From NCBI GenBank assembly GCA_038127535.1, contig JAYPHU010000016.1:8019-72018 (forward strand): DNA of 64,000 nucleotides. The letters are read 5' to 3'. Below are positions 1 through 10,462 of this stretch, piece after piece; positions within the stretch are counted from its first letter, which is position 1, and each line of letters starts with the position of its first letter. This stretch comes from Rhodospirillaceae bacterium. Its GTDB lineage: Bacteria > Pseudomonadota > Alphaproteobacteria > Rhodospirillales > UBA2165. The notes beneath the pieces are model-generated. The model saw only the letters and a program-made list of their open reading frames with translations, did not search any database and had not been told where the DNA came from. The position numbers and the translations under genes were made by a program.

Positions 1-1
1 G

Positions 2-874
2 GACGCGTGGATCACGGTTGCCTGTGGGCCGGCCGCCGCGCCGCTGTTCGAGCGCGTGCCCAATCTCCAACGCATCATCGTTCTGGATAAGATGCTTTTC
101 TCGCTCCATTGGCTGCGGCTTTGGCTACTCTGCATTGGCACGTTCTGGGATCTGATTATTGATCTGCGCAACGCGCCGGTGACCTATTTGCTGCCTCATA
201 AGAAACGGAAGGGCATGGCAAAGTCGCGGGAGGCCGAACGCCGGGTCGAGATGATTACCCGGGTGCTTGATCTGCCCGAGGTGGCCGCGCCGAAACTCTG
301 GACCGGTGAAGAAGAGGAGCAGGCGGCAAAGCAACTCATCCCGGACGGCAGCCCCGTCCTGGCGGTTGGACCGACGGCCAACTGGCGTGCCAAAACCTGG
401 CGAAGCGAGTATTTCGTGGAGCTGATAGCCGAGCTAACCGGAGATAAGGGCATTTTACCGGGTGCGCGGGTGGCGATTTTCGGCCGGGATGACGAGCGCC
501 CGATGGTTTTGCGATTGATTTACGCCTTGCCCGAGGACCGGTGCGTCGACTTGGTGGGCCGGCTCGACCTGCTGACCGTTCATGCTTGTCTAAAACGTTG
601 TGATTTATATGTGGGCAATGATTCCGGGTTGATGCATCTGGCCGCCGCCTCCGGCCTGCCAACACTGGGTCTGTTCGGTCCTACACAAGAAGCGCTTTAC
701 GCGCCCTGGGGGGAACGTACCGGCATCGTGCGCACCAAAGTGCCGTTTGAGGAAATTTTCCCCTCCGACTTTGACCATCGGACCTCGGAATCCCTGATGG
801 ACAGTCTGACCGTGGAGATGGCCGCGACAGGCGCGCGCGACCTGTGGGCCCGCTGCCAGGGAGCCGCCGAATGA
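2..874 (+). CDS. Glycosyltransferase family 9 (ADP-heptose:LPS heptosyltransferase-like), 5-prime end cut by the window edge
   Basis: The frame is open from nt 2 (..ITVACGPAAAPLFERVPNLQRIIVLDK..), so ORF 56..874 is only part of the gene. GT9-type motifs GPTANWRAKTW and VGNDSGLMHLAAASGLPTLGLFGPT. The stop overlaps the next start (ATGA, 871-874). Confidence 0.8.
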   Translation, partial: DAWITVACGPAAAPLFERVPNLQRIIVLDKMLFSLHWLRLWLLCIGTFWDLIIDLRNAPVTYLLPHKKRKGMAKSREAERRVEMITRVLDLPEVAAPKLWTGEEEEQAAKQLIPDGSPVLAVGPTANWRAKTWRSEYFVELIAELTGDKGILPGARVAIFGRDDERPMVLRLIYALPEDRCVDLVGRLDLLTVHACLKRCDLYVGNDSGLMHLAAASGLPTLGLFGPTQEALYAPWGERTGIVRTKVPFEEIFPSDFDHRTSESLMDSLTVEMAATGARDLWARCQGAAE

Positions 875-1629
875 GCGCGCCCAAACTCTCCGCCTTGATC
901 AGCATCCACAATGAGGAAGACCGGCTCGCCGAGTGTTTGGAGAAACTCACCTTCGCTGATGAAATCGTCGTCGTGCTGGACCGCTGCACCGACCGTTCCA
1001 AGGAAATCGCGGCCCGATTCACCGACCGGGTGGTCGAAGGCGGCTGGGACAAAGAGGGCAACCGGCGGAACGCGTCCATCGACGCCTGCAGCGGCGATTG
1101 GATATTGGAGGTGGACGCCGACGAACACGTGCCGGAAGACCTAGCCCGAGAAATTCGCCGCACGATTGAGACCACGGCCTACGACTGGCACGAAATCCCC
1201 GTCGACAATTACATCGGCAGCAAGCTGGTGCGGCATGGCTGGGGCGCCTCCTACGGTAAGGCGGCCTACCCCGGCCTGTTCCGCAAGGGCGTCAAAACCT
1301 GGGGGCTGCAGCGGGTGCATCCCCGCCTCGCCTGGACCGGCAAAAAAGGGCCCATGCTCACCAACCGGTTGAACCATTATGTGGACCGGGGGGTTTCGGA
1401 CATGATCCGGCGGCTCGATTCCTATTCCACCGCGCGCGCCAAGGACATGCGGGAAGAGGGAAATATCGGCAGCTATCCCAACAATATCAGGCGGCTGTTT
1501 TCCCGGTTCTTCAAATGCTATGTGGCGCGCAAGGGCTACAAGGAGGGCGGCTACGGCTTTCTGATTGCCTTGTTCGCGGGTCTGTTCCCGCTGGTGTCCC
1601 ACATCAAAGCCCGGCACGAGGACGACTGA
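871..1629 (+). CDS. Glycosyltransferase family 2 (GT-A fold)
   Basis: LSALISIHNEEDRLAECLEKL..DEIVVVLDRCTDRS and EVDADE (DxD-like). I prefer ATG 871 over ORF-track start 844 because of the ATGA coupling to the upstream gene. Confidence 0.8.
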   Translation: MSAPKLSALISIHNEEDRLAECLEKLTFADEIVVVLDRCTDRSKEIAARFTDRVVEGGWDKEGNRRNASIDACSGDWILEVDADEHVPEDLAREIRRTIETTAYDWHEIPVDNYIGSKLVRHGWGASYGKAAYPGLFRKGVKTWGLQRVHPRLAWTGKKGPMLTNRLNHYVDRGVSDMIRRLDSYSTARAKDMREEGNIGSYPNNIRRLFSRFFKCYVARKGYKEGGYGFLIALFAGLFPLVSHIKARHEDD

Positions 1630-1631
1630 CC

Positions 1632-2669
1632 ATGGCGCGGATCGTTTTGGCCGACGACGGCATCGAATTCGACGGTAACAGCCCCTCGCAAGGCCCTTTG
1701 GGTGGCGTGGAAAGTTCCGTTGTCAACTTGTGCCGGGAATTAGCGGCGCGCGGTCACAGTGTCCATGTCCGCAACATGTGCCGAGAGGCGCAGGAAATCG
1801 ACGGCGTCGATTGGGCCCCGCTGAGCCAAGGCCTTCCCGGCAGCGCTGATCTCTACATCGCCAACCGGGGCGACAAGCTGATCAAAATGATGCCCGAGGC
1901 CAAGCGCACCGTATTTTGGATTCATAATCCAGCCCGATATCTGCTGAAGTGGCGTTATCTCTCCAAGCTTTGGCAGGTAAAGCCGGCGATCATTTTTATC
2001 GGCGAGTATCACGCCACCACCTATCCGGGTTGGGCGCCGGGCGGTGACCGCATCGTGATCCCGTACGGCATCGAGACGGTTTTTCGGGAGGTAGCCCCCT
2101 TCGATGAGACCCCGCCCCGCCGGGCTATTTTCACCTCCAACCCGCTGCGGTCGTTGGATTGGCTCTTGAACATCTGGGCGAGAGACATCCGCCCTCAAGC
2201 GCCGGATGCGGAACTCCACATCTTTTCCGGCGCGGCTACCTACGGCAAAGTCGGCGACGGCAAGGCAACGCCGATGGAGCTGGTGCTGGAGAAGGCCCGA
2301 TCGCTGGCAAAAGCGGGCGTCGTCGTCCGTGATCCGGTGTCCAAACAGCAACTCACTGAGGAGTTTAAGAAGGTCCGTGTGATGCTATATAAGGGCGATG
2401 AAAATGAAACCTTTTGTCTGGCGGTCGGCGAAGCGCAAGCGGCCGGGGTGCCGGCAGTGGTCCAGCAATTGGGCTCGGTGGTCGAACGTGTCATTCACGG
2501 CGCCACCGGTGCGATAACGGAGAGCGATCAACAATTTGCCGCGGCGGCCGTTGCGCTTTTGACCGATGACGCACTTTGGCGGCAGCAGCACGAGGCCGCC
2601 CAAGCGCAGCAACGGTCCTGGACTTGGGCCTCCGCTGCGGAAGCTTTTGAGAAACTGATTCCCTCATGA
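1632..2669 (+). CDS. Glycosyltransferase family 4-like (GT-B fold)
   Basis: MARIVLADDG..GGVESSVVNLCRELAARGH N-terminal GT-B motif; C-terminal FCLAVGEAQAAGVPAVV. ATG 1632 lies 3 nt after the upstream stop, so the ORF-track start 1515 is an upstream extension. Confidence 0.75.
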   Translation: MARIVLADDGIEFDGNSPSQGPLGGVESSVVNLCRELAARGHSVHVRNMCREAQEIDGVDWAPLSQGLPGSADLYIANRGDKLIKMMPEAKRTVFWIHNPARYLLKWRYLSKLWQVKPAIIFIGEYHATTYPGWAPGGDRIVIPYGIETVFREVAPFDETPPRRAIFTSNPLRSLDWLLNIWARDIRPQAPDAELHIFSGAATYGKVGDGKATPMELVLEKARSLAKAGVVVRDPVSKQQLTEEFKKVRVMLYKGDENETFCLAVGEAQAAGVPAVVQQLGSVVERVIHGATGAITESDQQFAAAAVALLTDDALWRQQHEAAQAQQRSWTWASAAEAFEKLIPS

Positions 2670-3715
2670 AAATACTGCAAGTTATGGCGGGCGCTCAGTA
2701 CGGCGGGGCCGAGGCCTTCTTTACCCGCCTCGCCACGACGCTGAATAAAACCGATATCGACCAACGGGTCATCATCCGGCGAGATGCCGACCGCGCTCGC
2801 CAGCTTCGAGAGGGCGGGGTCGAACCTATCGAACTGGGATTCGGCGGGCTCTTGGATTTTTCGACCCGTATGGCGTTGCGCCGCCGTATCACCGAGTTCA
2901 AACCGGATGTGGTTCTGAGTTGGATGAACCGCGCAACGTCCATGTGCCCGCGCGTTAAGGATGGGGTCCATGTGGGCCGGCTGGGCGGCTACTACAATCT
3001 CAAATACTATCGCAAGTGTAACCACCTCATCGCTAACACGACAGACATCGCGGATTACCTGCGCAATAACGCCTGGCCGGCGGAGAAGGTTCATTACCTG
3101 CCCAATTTTGTCGGCGCCAAACGTGTGCCGCCCATCAACCGGCGTGAATTCTTTACCCCGGATAAAGCGCCGCTGGTCCTGGCGTTGGGCCGATTACACG
3201 AAAACAAGGCTTTCGACGTCCTGTTGGAAGCCATGGCACGGGTGCCAAACGCCTATCTGTGGCTGGCCGGCGAGGGCGATCTTCGGCAAAAACTGGATCA
3301 GCAAGCGGAAGTTCTGGGCATCAAACCCAGGGTACGCTTTCTGGGCTGGCGCGAAGATACCGAAGCCCTGTTCGCCGCAGCCGATATTTTTGTCTGCCCC
3401 TCCCGGCATGAGCCGCTCGGCAACGTGGTGATCGAAGCCTGGGCGCAGGGCGTACCCGTTGTTGCTGCAGACAGTCTGGGACCCGGCACGTTGATCAATC
3501 ATGGCGAAAATGGGGTCCTGGTCCCGGTCGATGATGCCGGCGCGTTGGCGCGGTCTCTCAAGCGCGTGATCGAGGACGATGACCTCAGGGCCAGTTTGGC
3601 GCAAGGTGGATTAAAGTCTTACGAGACCAATCACACTGAACAGATCGTGGTCGAGAAATACCTCTCCTTCTTCGAGAGCGTCGTTAGGTCAAAACAGGAT
3701 TCGGATAAAGATTAA
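2666..3715 (+). CDS. Glycosyltransferase family 4-like (GT-B fold)
   Basis: MKILQVMAGAQYGGAE N-terminus; PSRHEPLGNVVIEAWAQGVPVVA (EX7E motif). ATGA overlap with the upstream gene. Confidence 0.8.
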   Translation: MKILQVMAGAQYGGAEAFFTRLATTLNKTDIDQRVIIRRDADRARQLREGGVEPIELGFGGLLDFSTRMALRRRITEFKPDVVLSWMNRATSMCPRVKDGVHVGRLGGYYNLKYYRKCNHLIANTTDIADYLRNNAWPAEKVHYLPNFVGAKRVPPINRREFFTPDKAPLVLALGRLHENKAFDVLLEAMARVPNAYLWLAGEGDLRQKLDQQAEVLGIKPRVRFLGWREDTEALFAAADIFVCPSRHEPLGNVVIEAWAQGVPVVAADSLGPGTLINHGENGVLVPVDDAGALARSLKRVIEDDDLRASLAQGGLKSYETNHTEQIVVEKYLSFFESVVRSKQDSDKD

Positions 3716-5469
3716 TGTGCGGCATCGCCGGCTATATGGTCCAGGAAGGCGCGCCCGACACCGGGCCAATGGACCGTATGCTGGAAACTCTCGCCCATCG
3801 CGGACCCGATGGCCGGGCCAGGGCCTCCGTCGGCGGCGCATCCCTGGGACATGTCCGCCTCGCCATCATTGATCTGGAGACCGGCAACCAACCCTTCGTC
3901 AGCCAGCATGGCACAGCTCTGATCGCCAACGGCGAAGTCTACAATTTCGTCGAACTACGCGACGACCTCGGCGGCGAAAAGTTCTCCACCAATTCTGATT
4001 GCGAGCCGCCGCTGCGCCTGTTCGATCTGAACGGCAAAGGCTATGCGGAAAAATTGCGCGGCATGTATGCCATCGCAATCACCGAAGCTGGCGGCGAGAA
4101 CCTGCACCTCAGCCGCGATCCGTTCGGCATTAAGCCGCTATACTACACGTCCGTCAGCGGCGGTATCGCCTTTACCTCGGAGCCGCAGGCCCTGATCAAA
4201 GCGGGTTTCATTGAACCGGAAGTCCGCATCGAATCCCGACACGACCTGTTACAGCACCAGTTCACCCGGGGCGCGGAGACGATCTATCAAGGTGTTTACC
4301 GGGTCCTGCCGGGAGAGACCCTCTCTGTGTCGCCGGCCGGGGTGGAACGTACCGCGCTCAAACCCGCCCTGCCGGACGCCGCGCCGTCCGATTGGGCCGA
4401 GGACGAAGCGCTAAAGCTCTTGGACGAGGCTTTCATGGACAGTGTCGCCGTTCACCAGCGATCCGATGTGCCCTTCGGCATGTTCCTGTCGGGCGGCGTC
4501 GACTCGTCCGCCGTGCTGGCCGCTATGCGAGACCTCAACGATACGCCTGTGGAATGCTTCACAGCAGGCTTCTCCGGCTCGAGCGCCGCCGATGAGCGGG
4601 AACATGCGGAACGGGTCGCCAAAGCCGCCGGCGCACGGCATCATTCCGTGGATTTCAGTGAGGATGATTTTTGGTCGCTGTTGCCCCGTATTGCACAAAT
4701 TCTCGATGATCCCACGGCCGATTACGCGACCCTGCCCACCTACAAACTTGGTGGCCTGGCAGCCGACCATGGGCTTAAGGTGATCTTGAGCGGCGAAGGC
4801 GGCGACGAATTGTTTGCCGGCTACGGCCGCTACCGGCGGCTGCTCCGGCCCCGGCTATTGGGCGGGCGGGCCATGCGCCGGAAAGGCCTATTCGATGATC
4901 TAGATGTACTTCGGGACAGATCGGCGGATGCGAAAATTGAGCCCCCCGTCTCCAAGAACTGGACCAAGTTGCAGGCCGCTCAGGCGCTCGACTGCCAGGA
5001 TTGGCTGCCCAACGACCTGCTGATTAAGCTTGACCGCTGCTTGATGGCCCACAGCGTCGAGGGCCGGACGCCATTCCTTGATCCTGTCGTCGCCGATGTC
5101 GCCATGCGGCTGCCGGACGATCTGAAAATTCGCAACGGACTGGGCAAGTATTTGCTGCGCAAGTGGCTGGAACAAAAACTACCCGAAGCGGACCCGTTCG
5201 CCAAGAAACGTGGATTTACCGTCCCGGTCGATGAATGGATCAGCAGAAAGGCCAAACAGGCAGGTGAACTCGTCGCGGCGCGGGACGCCGTCGGCGAAAT
5301 CGCCGAACCCGACAAGGTGCGCGCTTTGTTTAAGTCGCTGGAAGGCACTCCGGCGCGCCATGCCGGCCAAGCCGCCTGGCGGCTGTTGTTCTATGCACTC
5401 TGGCACCGGGCGAACATCCAGGGCAAAGCGCCCATAGGCGATGTGTTCGAAACTCTCTCCGCCGGCTAA
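3715..5469 (+). CDS. asnB: Asparagine synthase (glutamine-hydrolysing) family amidotransferase
   Basis: N-terminal MCGIAGY (Cys2 Ntn-glutaminase nucleophile) and SGGVDSS PP-loop. TAATG overlap with the upstream glycosyltransferase gene. Confidence 0.85.
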   Translation: MCGIAGYMVQEGAPDTGPMDRMLETLAHRGPDGRARASVGGASLGHVRLAIIDLETGNQPFVSQHGTALIANGEVYNFVELRDDLGGEKFSTNSDCEPPLRLFDLNGKGYAEKLRGMYAIAITEAGGENLHLSRDPFGIKPLYYTSVSGGIAFTSEPQALIKAGFIEPEVRIESRHDLLQHQFTRGAETIYQGVYRVLPGETLSVSPAGVERTALKPALPDAAPSDWAEDEALKLLDEAFMDSVAVHQRSDVPFGMFLSGGVDSSAVLAAMRDLNDTPVECFTAGFSGSSAADEREHAERVAKAAGARHHSVDFSEDDFWSLLPRIAQILDDPTADYATLPTYKLGGLAADHGLKVILSGEGGDELFAGYGRYRRLLRPRLLGGRAMRRKGLFDDLDVLRDRSADAKIEPPVSKNWTKLQAAQALDCQDWLPNDLLIKLDRCLMAHSVEGRTPFLDPVVADVAMRLPDDLKIRNGLGKYLLRKWLEQKLPEADPFAKKRGFTVPVDEWISRKAKQAGELVAARDAVGEIAEPDKVRALFKSLEGTPARHAGQAAWRLLFYALWHRANIQGKAPIGDVFETLSAG

Positions 5470-5516
5470 GCCGACAAAGGGGCTGAAATCGCGTTCGAAT
5501 CGTGTAGTCTGCGCCC

Positions 5517-5933
5517 ATGTTAGAGTATTTCACCCTCCATGTCTTGGCGCTGATTTTCGTCGCCGCGCAATTCGGCGGCATGGCGTTCTTTGCCTTCCTG
5601 TTCACGCCGCTAGTGTTCAAGTTCGTAGAGCGGGACGACGCGGCGAAGTTCCTGCGCCAGGTTTTCCCGGTCTATCACCGGGTGATGGCCGGGATGGCGA
5701 TCATCCCCGCCCTGATCTTGCTCGCCGGCCACGCCTTTATGGTGGAGGTGGTGAGCCTGCTGTCGGTGGCGGCGGTGTTCCTATTCGCCGCCCAGGTGCT
5801 GGTGCCGATGGCGAATTCGACCCGAGAGACCGGCGACCAGGCCAAGTTTTCCAAGATTCATCGCGTCAGCGTCATACTTCATACGATCCAGTTCATCGTG
5901 GTGTTCGTCATGTTCATCCGGCTGGCGCAGTGA
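5517..5933 (+). CDS. Small polytopic membrane protein (DUF4149/TMEM205-like)
   Basis: 138 aa with four hydrophobic segments. The family call is from sequence recall only. Confidence 0.55.
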   Translation: MLEYFTLHVLALIFVAAQFGGMAFFAFLFTPLVFKFVERDDAAKFLRQVFPVYHRVMAGMAIIPALILLAGHAFMVEVVSLLSVAAVFLFAAQVLVPMANSTRETGDQAKFSKIHRVSVILHTIQFIVVFVMFIRLAQ

Positions 5934-5946
5934 GGGGAAGGCGAAG

Positions 5947-7005
5947 ATGGCTGACATGACTGACCTCACCATTATCAAGCCGGACGATTGGCACGTGCAT
6001 TTGCGGGACGGGGAGATGCTGAAGGCGGTCGCGCCCTGGACCGCGCGGCAGTTCGGCCGGGCCATCATCATGCCGAACCTGCCGGAGCCGGTGACCACGG
6101 CCGCCCAGGCCGCCGATTACCGGCGGCGCATCCTCCAGGCCCTGCCCGACAGCGCCATCGACGCGGGCTTTTTACCGTTGATGACCAGCTATCTGACCGA
6201 CCGGACCGATCCGGACGACCTGGCCCAGGGCTATGTGGACGGCGCATTCACCGCCGCCAAGCTGTATCCGGCCAATGCGACCACCAACTCGGCGCACGGA
6301 GTTTCGGATGTCAGTAAAATCCATCCCGTCTTGGAGAAGATGCAGGAGATCGGCATGCCGCTCCTGATCCACGGGGAAGTGGTGGATCACAGCGTCGATG
6401 TATTCGACCGGGAAGAAGTGTTTATCAGGAAAGTCCTGCGCCCGTTGCTGATCATGTTCCCGACCCTGCGCGTGGTGTTGGAGCACATCACCACCAAACA
6501 GTCGGTGGACTTCGTGCGGTCCATGAACGGCCGGCTGGCGGCGACCATCACCGTCCACCATCTGATCATCAACCGCACGGATATCTTCAAGGGCGGCATC
6601 CGGCCCCATCTCTATTGCCTGCCCATCGCCAAGCGGGAAGAACACCGGCTCGCCCTGCGCGACGCCGCGACTTCGGGAGAGGCCAGTTTCTTCCTCGGCA
6701 CCGACACCGCCCCCCACCCGATCGGCGACAAGGAAACCGATTGCGGCTGCGCGGGCATTTTTACCGGCATGAACGCCATGGAACTCTATACGCAAGTGTT
6801 CGAAGAAGATGACGCCCTCGACAAATTGGAGGCTTTTGCGTCGCTCAACGGGCCGGCGTTCTATGGGCTGGAGCCCAATAGCGGCACCCTTACCCTGAAG
6901 CGGGAGGATTGGACCGTGCCGGAAAGCCTTGATGTGGGCGATGGCCGCGCCGTCCGCCCGTTCATGGCCGGCGAGGTCTTACACTGGCGGGCGAACCCTA
7001 CTTAG
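5947..7005 (+). CDS. pyrC: Dihydroorotase, homodimeric (class II) type
   Basis: [10 protein letters not shown] metal-binding HxH motif, AAKLYPA (carboxylated Lys region), GTDTAPH; about 350 aa, as in E. coli-type PyrC. Confidence 0.9.
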   Translation: MADMTDLTIIKPDDWHVHLRDGEMLKAVAPWTARQFGRAIIMPNLPEPVTTAAQAADYRRRILQALPDSAIDAGFLPLMTSYLTDRTDPDDLAQGYVDGAFTAAKLYPANATTNSAHGVSDVSKIHPVLEKMQEIGMPLLIHGEVVDHSVDVFDREEVFIRKVLRPLLIMFPTLRVVLEHITTKQSVDFVRSMNGRLAATITVHHLIINRTDIFKGGIRPHLYCLPIAKREEHRLALRDAATSGEASFFLGTDTAPHPIGDKETDCGCAGIFTGMNAMELYTQVFEEDDALDKLEAFASLNGPAFYGLEPNSGTLTLKREDWTVPESLDVGDGRAVRPFMAGEVLHWRANPT

Positions 7006-8083
7006 TCTCATCGAAGCCGCAAAATTGCCGCAGACGCTGCCAATCCTCAGCAGGCATCACTGGGATCGTCGGCTGCGAGACGGTTTTGACCTGATCCGCA
7101 CGGTCCTGTGACCGTGGATGCGTCGAAAAATACTCAAGCTTCTCAACCAGGCCTTTTTCTTTCTCGGCCAGTTTCTCAAAAAATGTCCGGATCCCATTGG
7201 TGTCGATCCGGGCCTTTTGCAGCAGTTCCACGGCGAGCTCATCCGCCTCCCGTTCCGCATCACGGCTGTAGGAGCTGGAGGCGAGCGAAGTACTGATATC
7301 AGCCGAGAACCCTGTGCCGAAGATCAGGCTTAGCGTATGATTCACGATGAGAGCGCGGAAGAACGCCTGGGCCACATGCCGTTTGATTTCGTGACCCATT
7401 TCATGACCCAGAACGCCCGCCACTTCCTCCGGTGAGGACGCCGCCTTGACCAAGCCTTCAAACAACACCAGGTGGCCGCCCGGCATGGCGAAGGCGTTCA
7501 CTAGCTTGCCCTGCATCACCAGGAGATGAAATTGCTGGGTCAGCCCGTTTGTCGTTTTGATCCGGTCGATAATTTTATCCGACATGGCTTGGATCCGATC
7601 CAGACAAACGCGATTTACCTGTTCCTTCTCGCGCATGCTTTCAAACTGACTGAACGCGCGGCGGCCGATTTTATCTTCCCAGGATTGGGGCACCAAATTG
7701 ACCCCGGCCACGACAAGCAAGGGAAGCGCCAGGTAAAGACCAACAATCACGGCAATCGTCAGCACCGTGTACGCGCCGATGTGCCGCCACTTGGGCACAT
7801 AGCGAAGCGCCGTATGAGACTTTTTCGGCAGCCGTTGACTTAGCGCCTTGATCCCCGCCTCATCGACAACCGTCAGGCGGCATTCGGGATCAGTTTCGGA
7901 AGATAGGCGGACGCTTTGCGCGGACCGCAATACGTCGTGCACGATGATCTCGTCCAGACGCCAGGTTTTGATTTCCTCTTCACCGGTGGATTCCACGATC
8001 TCCAGGAGATCACCCCAGAACCGAACAGTAACCTCTGTGACCGCGCTGGTTTGGCCGTCGCTGAAACGGGCCGGAAATTCCAT
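6998..8083 (-). CDS. M48 family zinc metallopeptidase with an N-terminal extra domain and a TM segment
   Basis: [10 protein letters not shown] (HExxH) and a downstream EREADELA glutamate. Hydrophobic segment [25 protein letters not shown]. Confidence 0.8.
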   Translation of the reverse strand: MEFPARFSDGQTSAVTEVTVRFWGDLLEIVESTGEEEIKTWRLDEIIVHDVLRSAQSVRLSSETDPECRLTVVDEAGIKALSQRLPKKSHTALRYVPKWRHIGAYTVLTIAVIVGLYLALPLLVVAGVNLVPQSWEDKIGRRAFSQFESMREKEQVNRVCLDRIQAMSDKIIDRIKTTNGLTQQFHLLVMQGKLVNAFAMPGGHLVLFEGLVKAASSPEEVAGVLGHEMGHEIKRHVAQAFFRALIVNHTLSLIFGTGFSADISTSLASSSYSRDAEREADELAVELLQKARIDTNGIRTFFEKLAEKEKGLVEKLEYFSTHPRSQDRADQVKTVSQPTIPVMPAEDWQRLRQFCGFDETK

Positions 8084-8085
8084 CG

Positions 8086-9321
8086 CTAGATTCCGCCTAC
8101 ATCAAACACATCCATCAAGCCTTCGCCCCTGTCCGGCCCTTCCTCGGTGGATTGGGCGATGATCTGACTTTCGGCATCCCCCTGATACACCAATCGCGCC
8201 TCAAAATAACGTATATATCGCGTGTAGACATAGGGCGTCGCCAGACCGAGCGTGAAGAGAACGAGCAGATTATTTCCCGTGGCGAAAAACATGTATCCCC
8301 AGGGAGAAATATCGAAGCGGAATCTCAGCTCCTTGAAGTTAATGCAGGTGGCAAAATACCTCCACTCCCGCGCGCGGTACCAGTTATAGGGCGCTGTCGA
8401 CAGCGCGAGGGCGATAATCGCGAAAACAACCATATAGACCGCAACAATGTCGGTGAAATTGGTCCGCAGCAAATCCTCAAAGGTCTTGTCCGTAGTCCAA
8501 CTGGTGTTGGGTAGTAGGGCGATCATAAGAGCGAGAAATAGGACCAAGATCACCACGACGGCCACGTACAACAGAACGGCTCCGACAAAGGCATAAAAGA
8601 GTGGCCCGGTCCGGGGCGCAAAATCCAATTTCGCGGCGCCGAACCAGGTATGACCGATCCGGTATTCCGACAATTTCCGCCGGAAATGCGGCAGCATCAA
8701 AAACATGGTGAACGGCGCAAGGGCATACAGAAATAGCGTCGATACGCCGTAAATCCAGGCCTTGCCGGTCTGGCCGCCTCGGATGCCGCGCCATTGAGTC
8801 CGGCTCAGCCGGTACCGCCGCGCCCGATACAAAGCGACCGGAATAAGAAAATAGATCAACAGCGCCTGAGCGCCGCCGATGGCCGCCTGAAGCTCCACGT
8901 TCTCAGACTCCGTCACGGTTAGAATGATCTCCGGCAGGATGAAAATCGGGAACAGGATCAGGAACAAAACCACCATGAACCCGATCAACAGCTCCTTCGG
9001 CGTGCCGGTATACTCAAGCCGGTCGTTGAAGATTTCCACGTTGCTCCAGACATAACGGCGAATGCGGGTCTTCCCCCAAAACCGATAGAAGCCCAGCGTG
9101 ATGATCGACAGAACGTAGTTGATGATAAAAATCTTGAACAAGTCCCCGCCGTCTCCGTGGTAGGAGTAAAGCCGCTTCCACCTATCGTCTTCCCGGACGA
9201 CCGGCTCGGCGGACTGAATCGGGGCGGCGCTCTCACACGGTGTCGCGGGCGTCGGCGGCGCCGGCTGACCGGAGTCCGGTGTGTCTGAGTTTTCGTTCAT
9301 GAGCCCCCCGCGCTGAGCCAT
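8086..9321 (-). CDS. YjgN/DUF898 family polytopic membrane protein
   Basis: FKIFIINYVLSIITLGFYRFWGKTRIRRYVWSNVEIFNDRLEYTG pattern repeated in the second half (LGLATPYVYTRYIRYFEARLVYQG). Multiple TM helices. 3-nt gap to the M48 gene. Confidence 0.7.
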   Translation of the reverse strand: MAQRGGLMNENSDTPDSGQPAPPTPATPCESAAPIQSAEPVVREDDRWKRLYSYHGDGGDLFKIFIINYVLSIITLGFYRFWGKTRIRRYVWSNVEIFNDRLEYTGTPKELLIGFMVVLFLILFPIFILPEIILTVTESENVELQAAIGGAQALLIYFLIPVALYRARRYRLSRTQWRGIRGGQTGKAWIYGVSTLFLYALAPFTMFLMLPHFRRKLSEYRIGHTWFGAAKLDFAPRTGPLFYAFVGAVLLYVAVVVILVLFLALMIALLPNTSWTTDKTFEDLLRTNFTDIVAVYMVVFAIIALALSTAPYNWYRAREWRYFATCINFKELRFRFDISPWGYMFFATGNNLLVLFTLGLATPYVYTRYIRYFEARLVYQGDAESQIIAQSTEEGPDRGEGLMDVFDVGGI

Positions 9322-9438
9322 TGGAACGTGTTTTAAGAATTATCTGCAATTACTATTTCAAGTTGCACCGATCTCACAAGACGCGTTTGCAAATAAGGCC
9401 CCCACCCCGCAATATATTTAAAACCAGGGGATTGGAAA

Positions 9439-10437
9439 ATGACCGTCACATTCAACGGCCTGCTCTTAAACGAGACCGACGACGGCGTCGCCGCCGAGAT
9501 GACCACGCTGAATGACAGTAACCTGCCCGATGGCGATGTCACTGTCGCGGTCGACTATTCGACGCTGAACTACAAGGACGGCATGGTCCTGAGGGGCCTG
9601 GGCCGGCTGGTGCGCAACTACCCGCACGTCCCCGGCGTTGATTTTGCAGGCACGGTGGCGGCCGATTCCTCCGGCACGTTCTCAGAGGGCGACCGGGTGG
9701 TGCTGAACGGCTGGCGGGTCGGCGAAATGCGCTGGGGCGGCTATGCCCAGCTCGCCAGGGCCGAAAGCGGCTGGCTGGTGAAACTGCCGGACACGATTTC
9801 CACCGAACAAGCTATGGCCATCGGCACGGCGGGCTATACCGCCATGCTGGCCGTCATGGCGCTGGAAGATCACGGACTTACAGCCGACACGGACGGCCAT
9901 GTGCTGGTCACCGGGGCCGCCGGCGGTGTGGGCAGTGTCGCTGTCGCGATCCTCGCCAAGCTCGGCTACAAGGTGGCGGCCGGCACGGGCCGGGAAGAAA
10001 CCCACGACTATCTGAAAAGCCTGGGCGCAGCGACCATCGTCAGCCGGGAAGAGCTGGAAGAGGCCCCCAAAGGGCCCTTGGGCTCCGAACGCTGGGCCGG
10101 GGCCATCGACAATGTGGGCGGGCCCATTCTGGCCAACCTGTTAGCATCCCTACAATCCCACGGCAGTTGTTCCGCCGTCGGCCTCGCCGCCTCGCCGAAG
10201 CTTGACACGACGGTGGTGCCGTTTCTGCTGCGCGGCGTGAACCTGCTGGGCATCGATTCCGTCATGTGCCCGTTGGCCCGCCGCCAAACCGCCTGGGCGC
10301 GGCTCGCCACCGACCTGCCCGCCGACAAACTGGCCGAAGCGACCACGGTCGTGCCGTTAAGCGAGATCACCGGTTATGCGGATCAAATCCTCGCCGGCCA
10401 GGTCCGCGGCCGGATTGTTGTGGATGTGAACGGGTAG
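9439..10437 (+). CDS. MDR-superfamily NADPH-dependent oxidoreductase (YhdH/AcuI acryloyl-CoA reductase-like)
   Basis: DVTVAVDYSTLNYKDG N-terminal signature of the YhdH subgroup; VTGAAGGVGSVAV Rossmann motif. Confidence 0.8.
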   Translation: MTVTFNGLLLNETDDGVAAEMTTLNDSNLPDGDVTVAVDYSTLNYKDGMVLRGLGRLVRNYPHVPGVDFAGTVAADSSGTFSEGDRVVLNGWRVGEMRWGGYAQLARAESGWLVKLPDTISTEQAMAIGTAGYTAMLAVMALEDHGLTADTDGHVLVTGAAGGVGSVAVAILAKLGYKVAAGTGREETHDYLKSLGAATIVSREELEEAPKGPLGSERWAGAIDNVGGPILANLLASLQSHGSCSAVGLAASPKLDTTVVPFLLRGVNLLGIDSVMCPLARRQTAWARLATDLPADKLAEATTVVPLSEITGYADQILAGQVRGRIVVDVNG

Positions 10438-10462
10438 GGTTCGCTTTCTCTTCGCTCTGATC

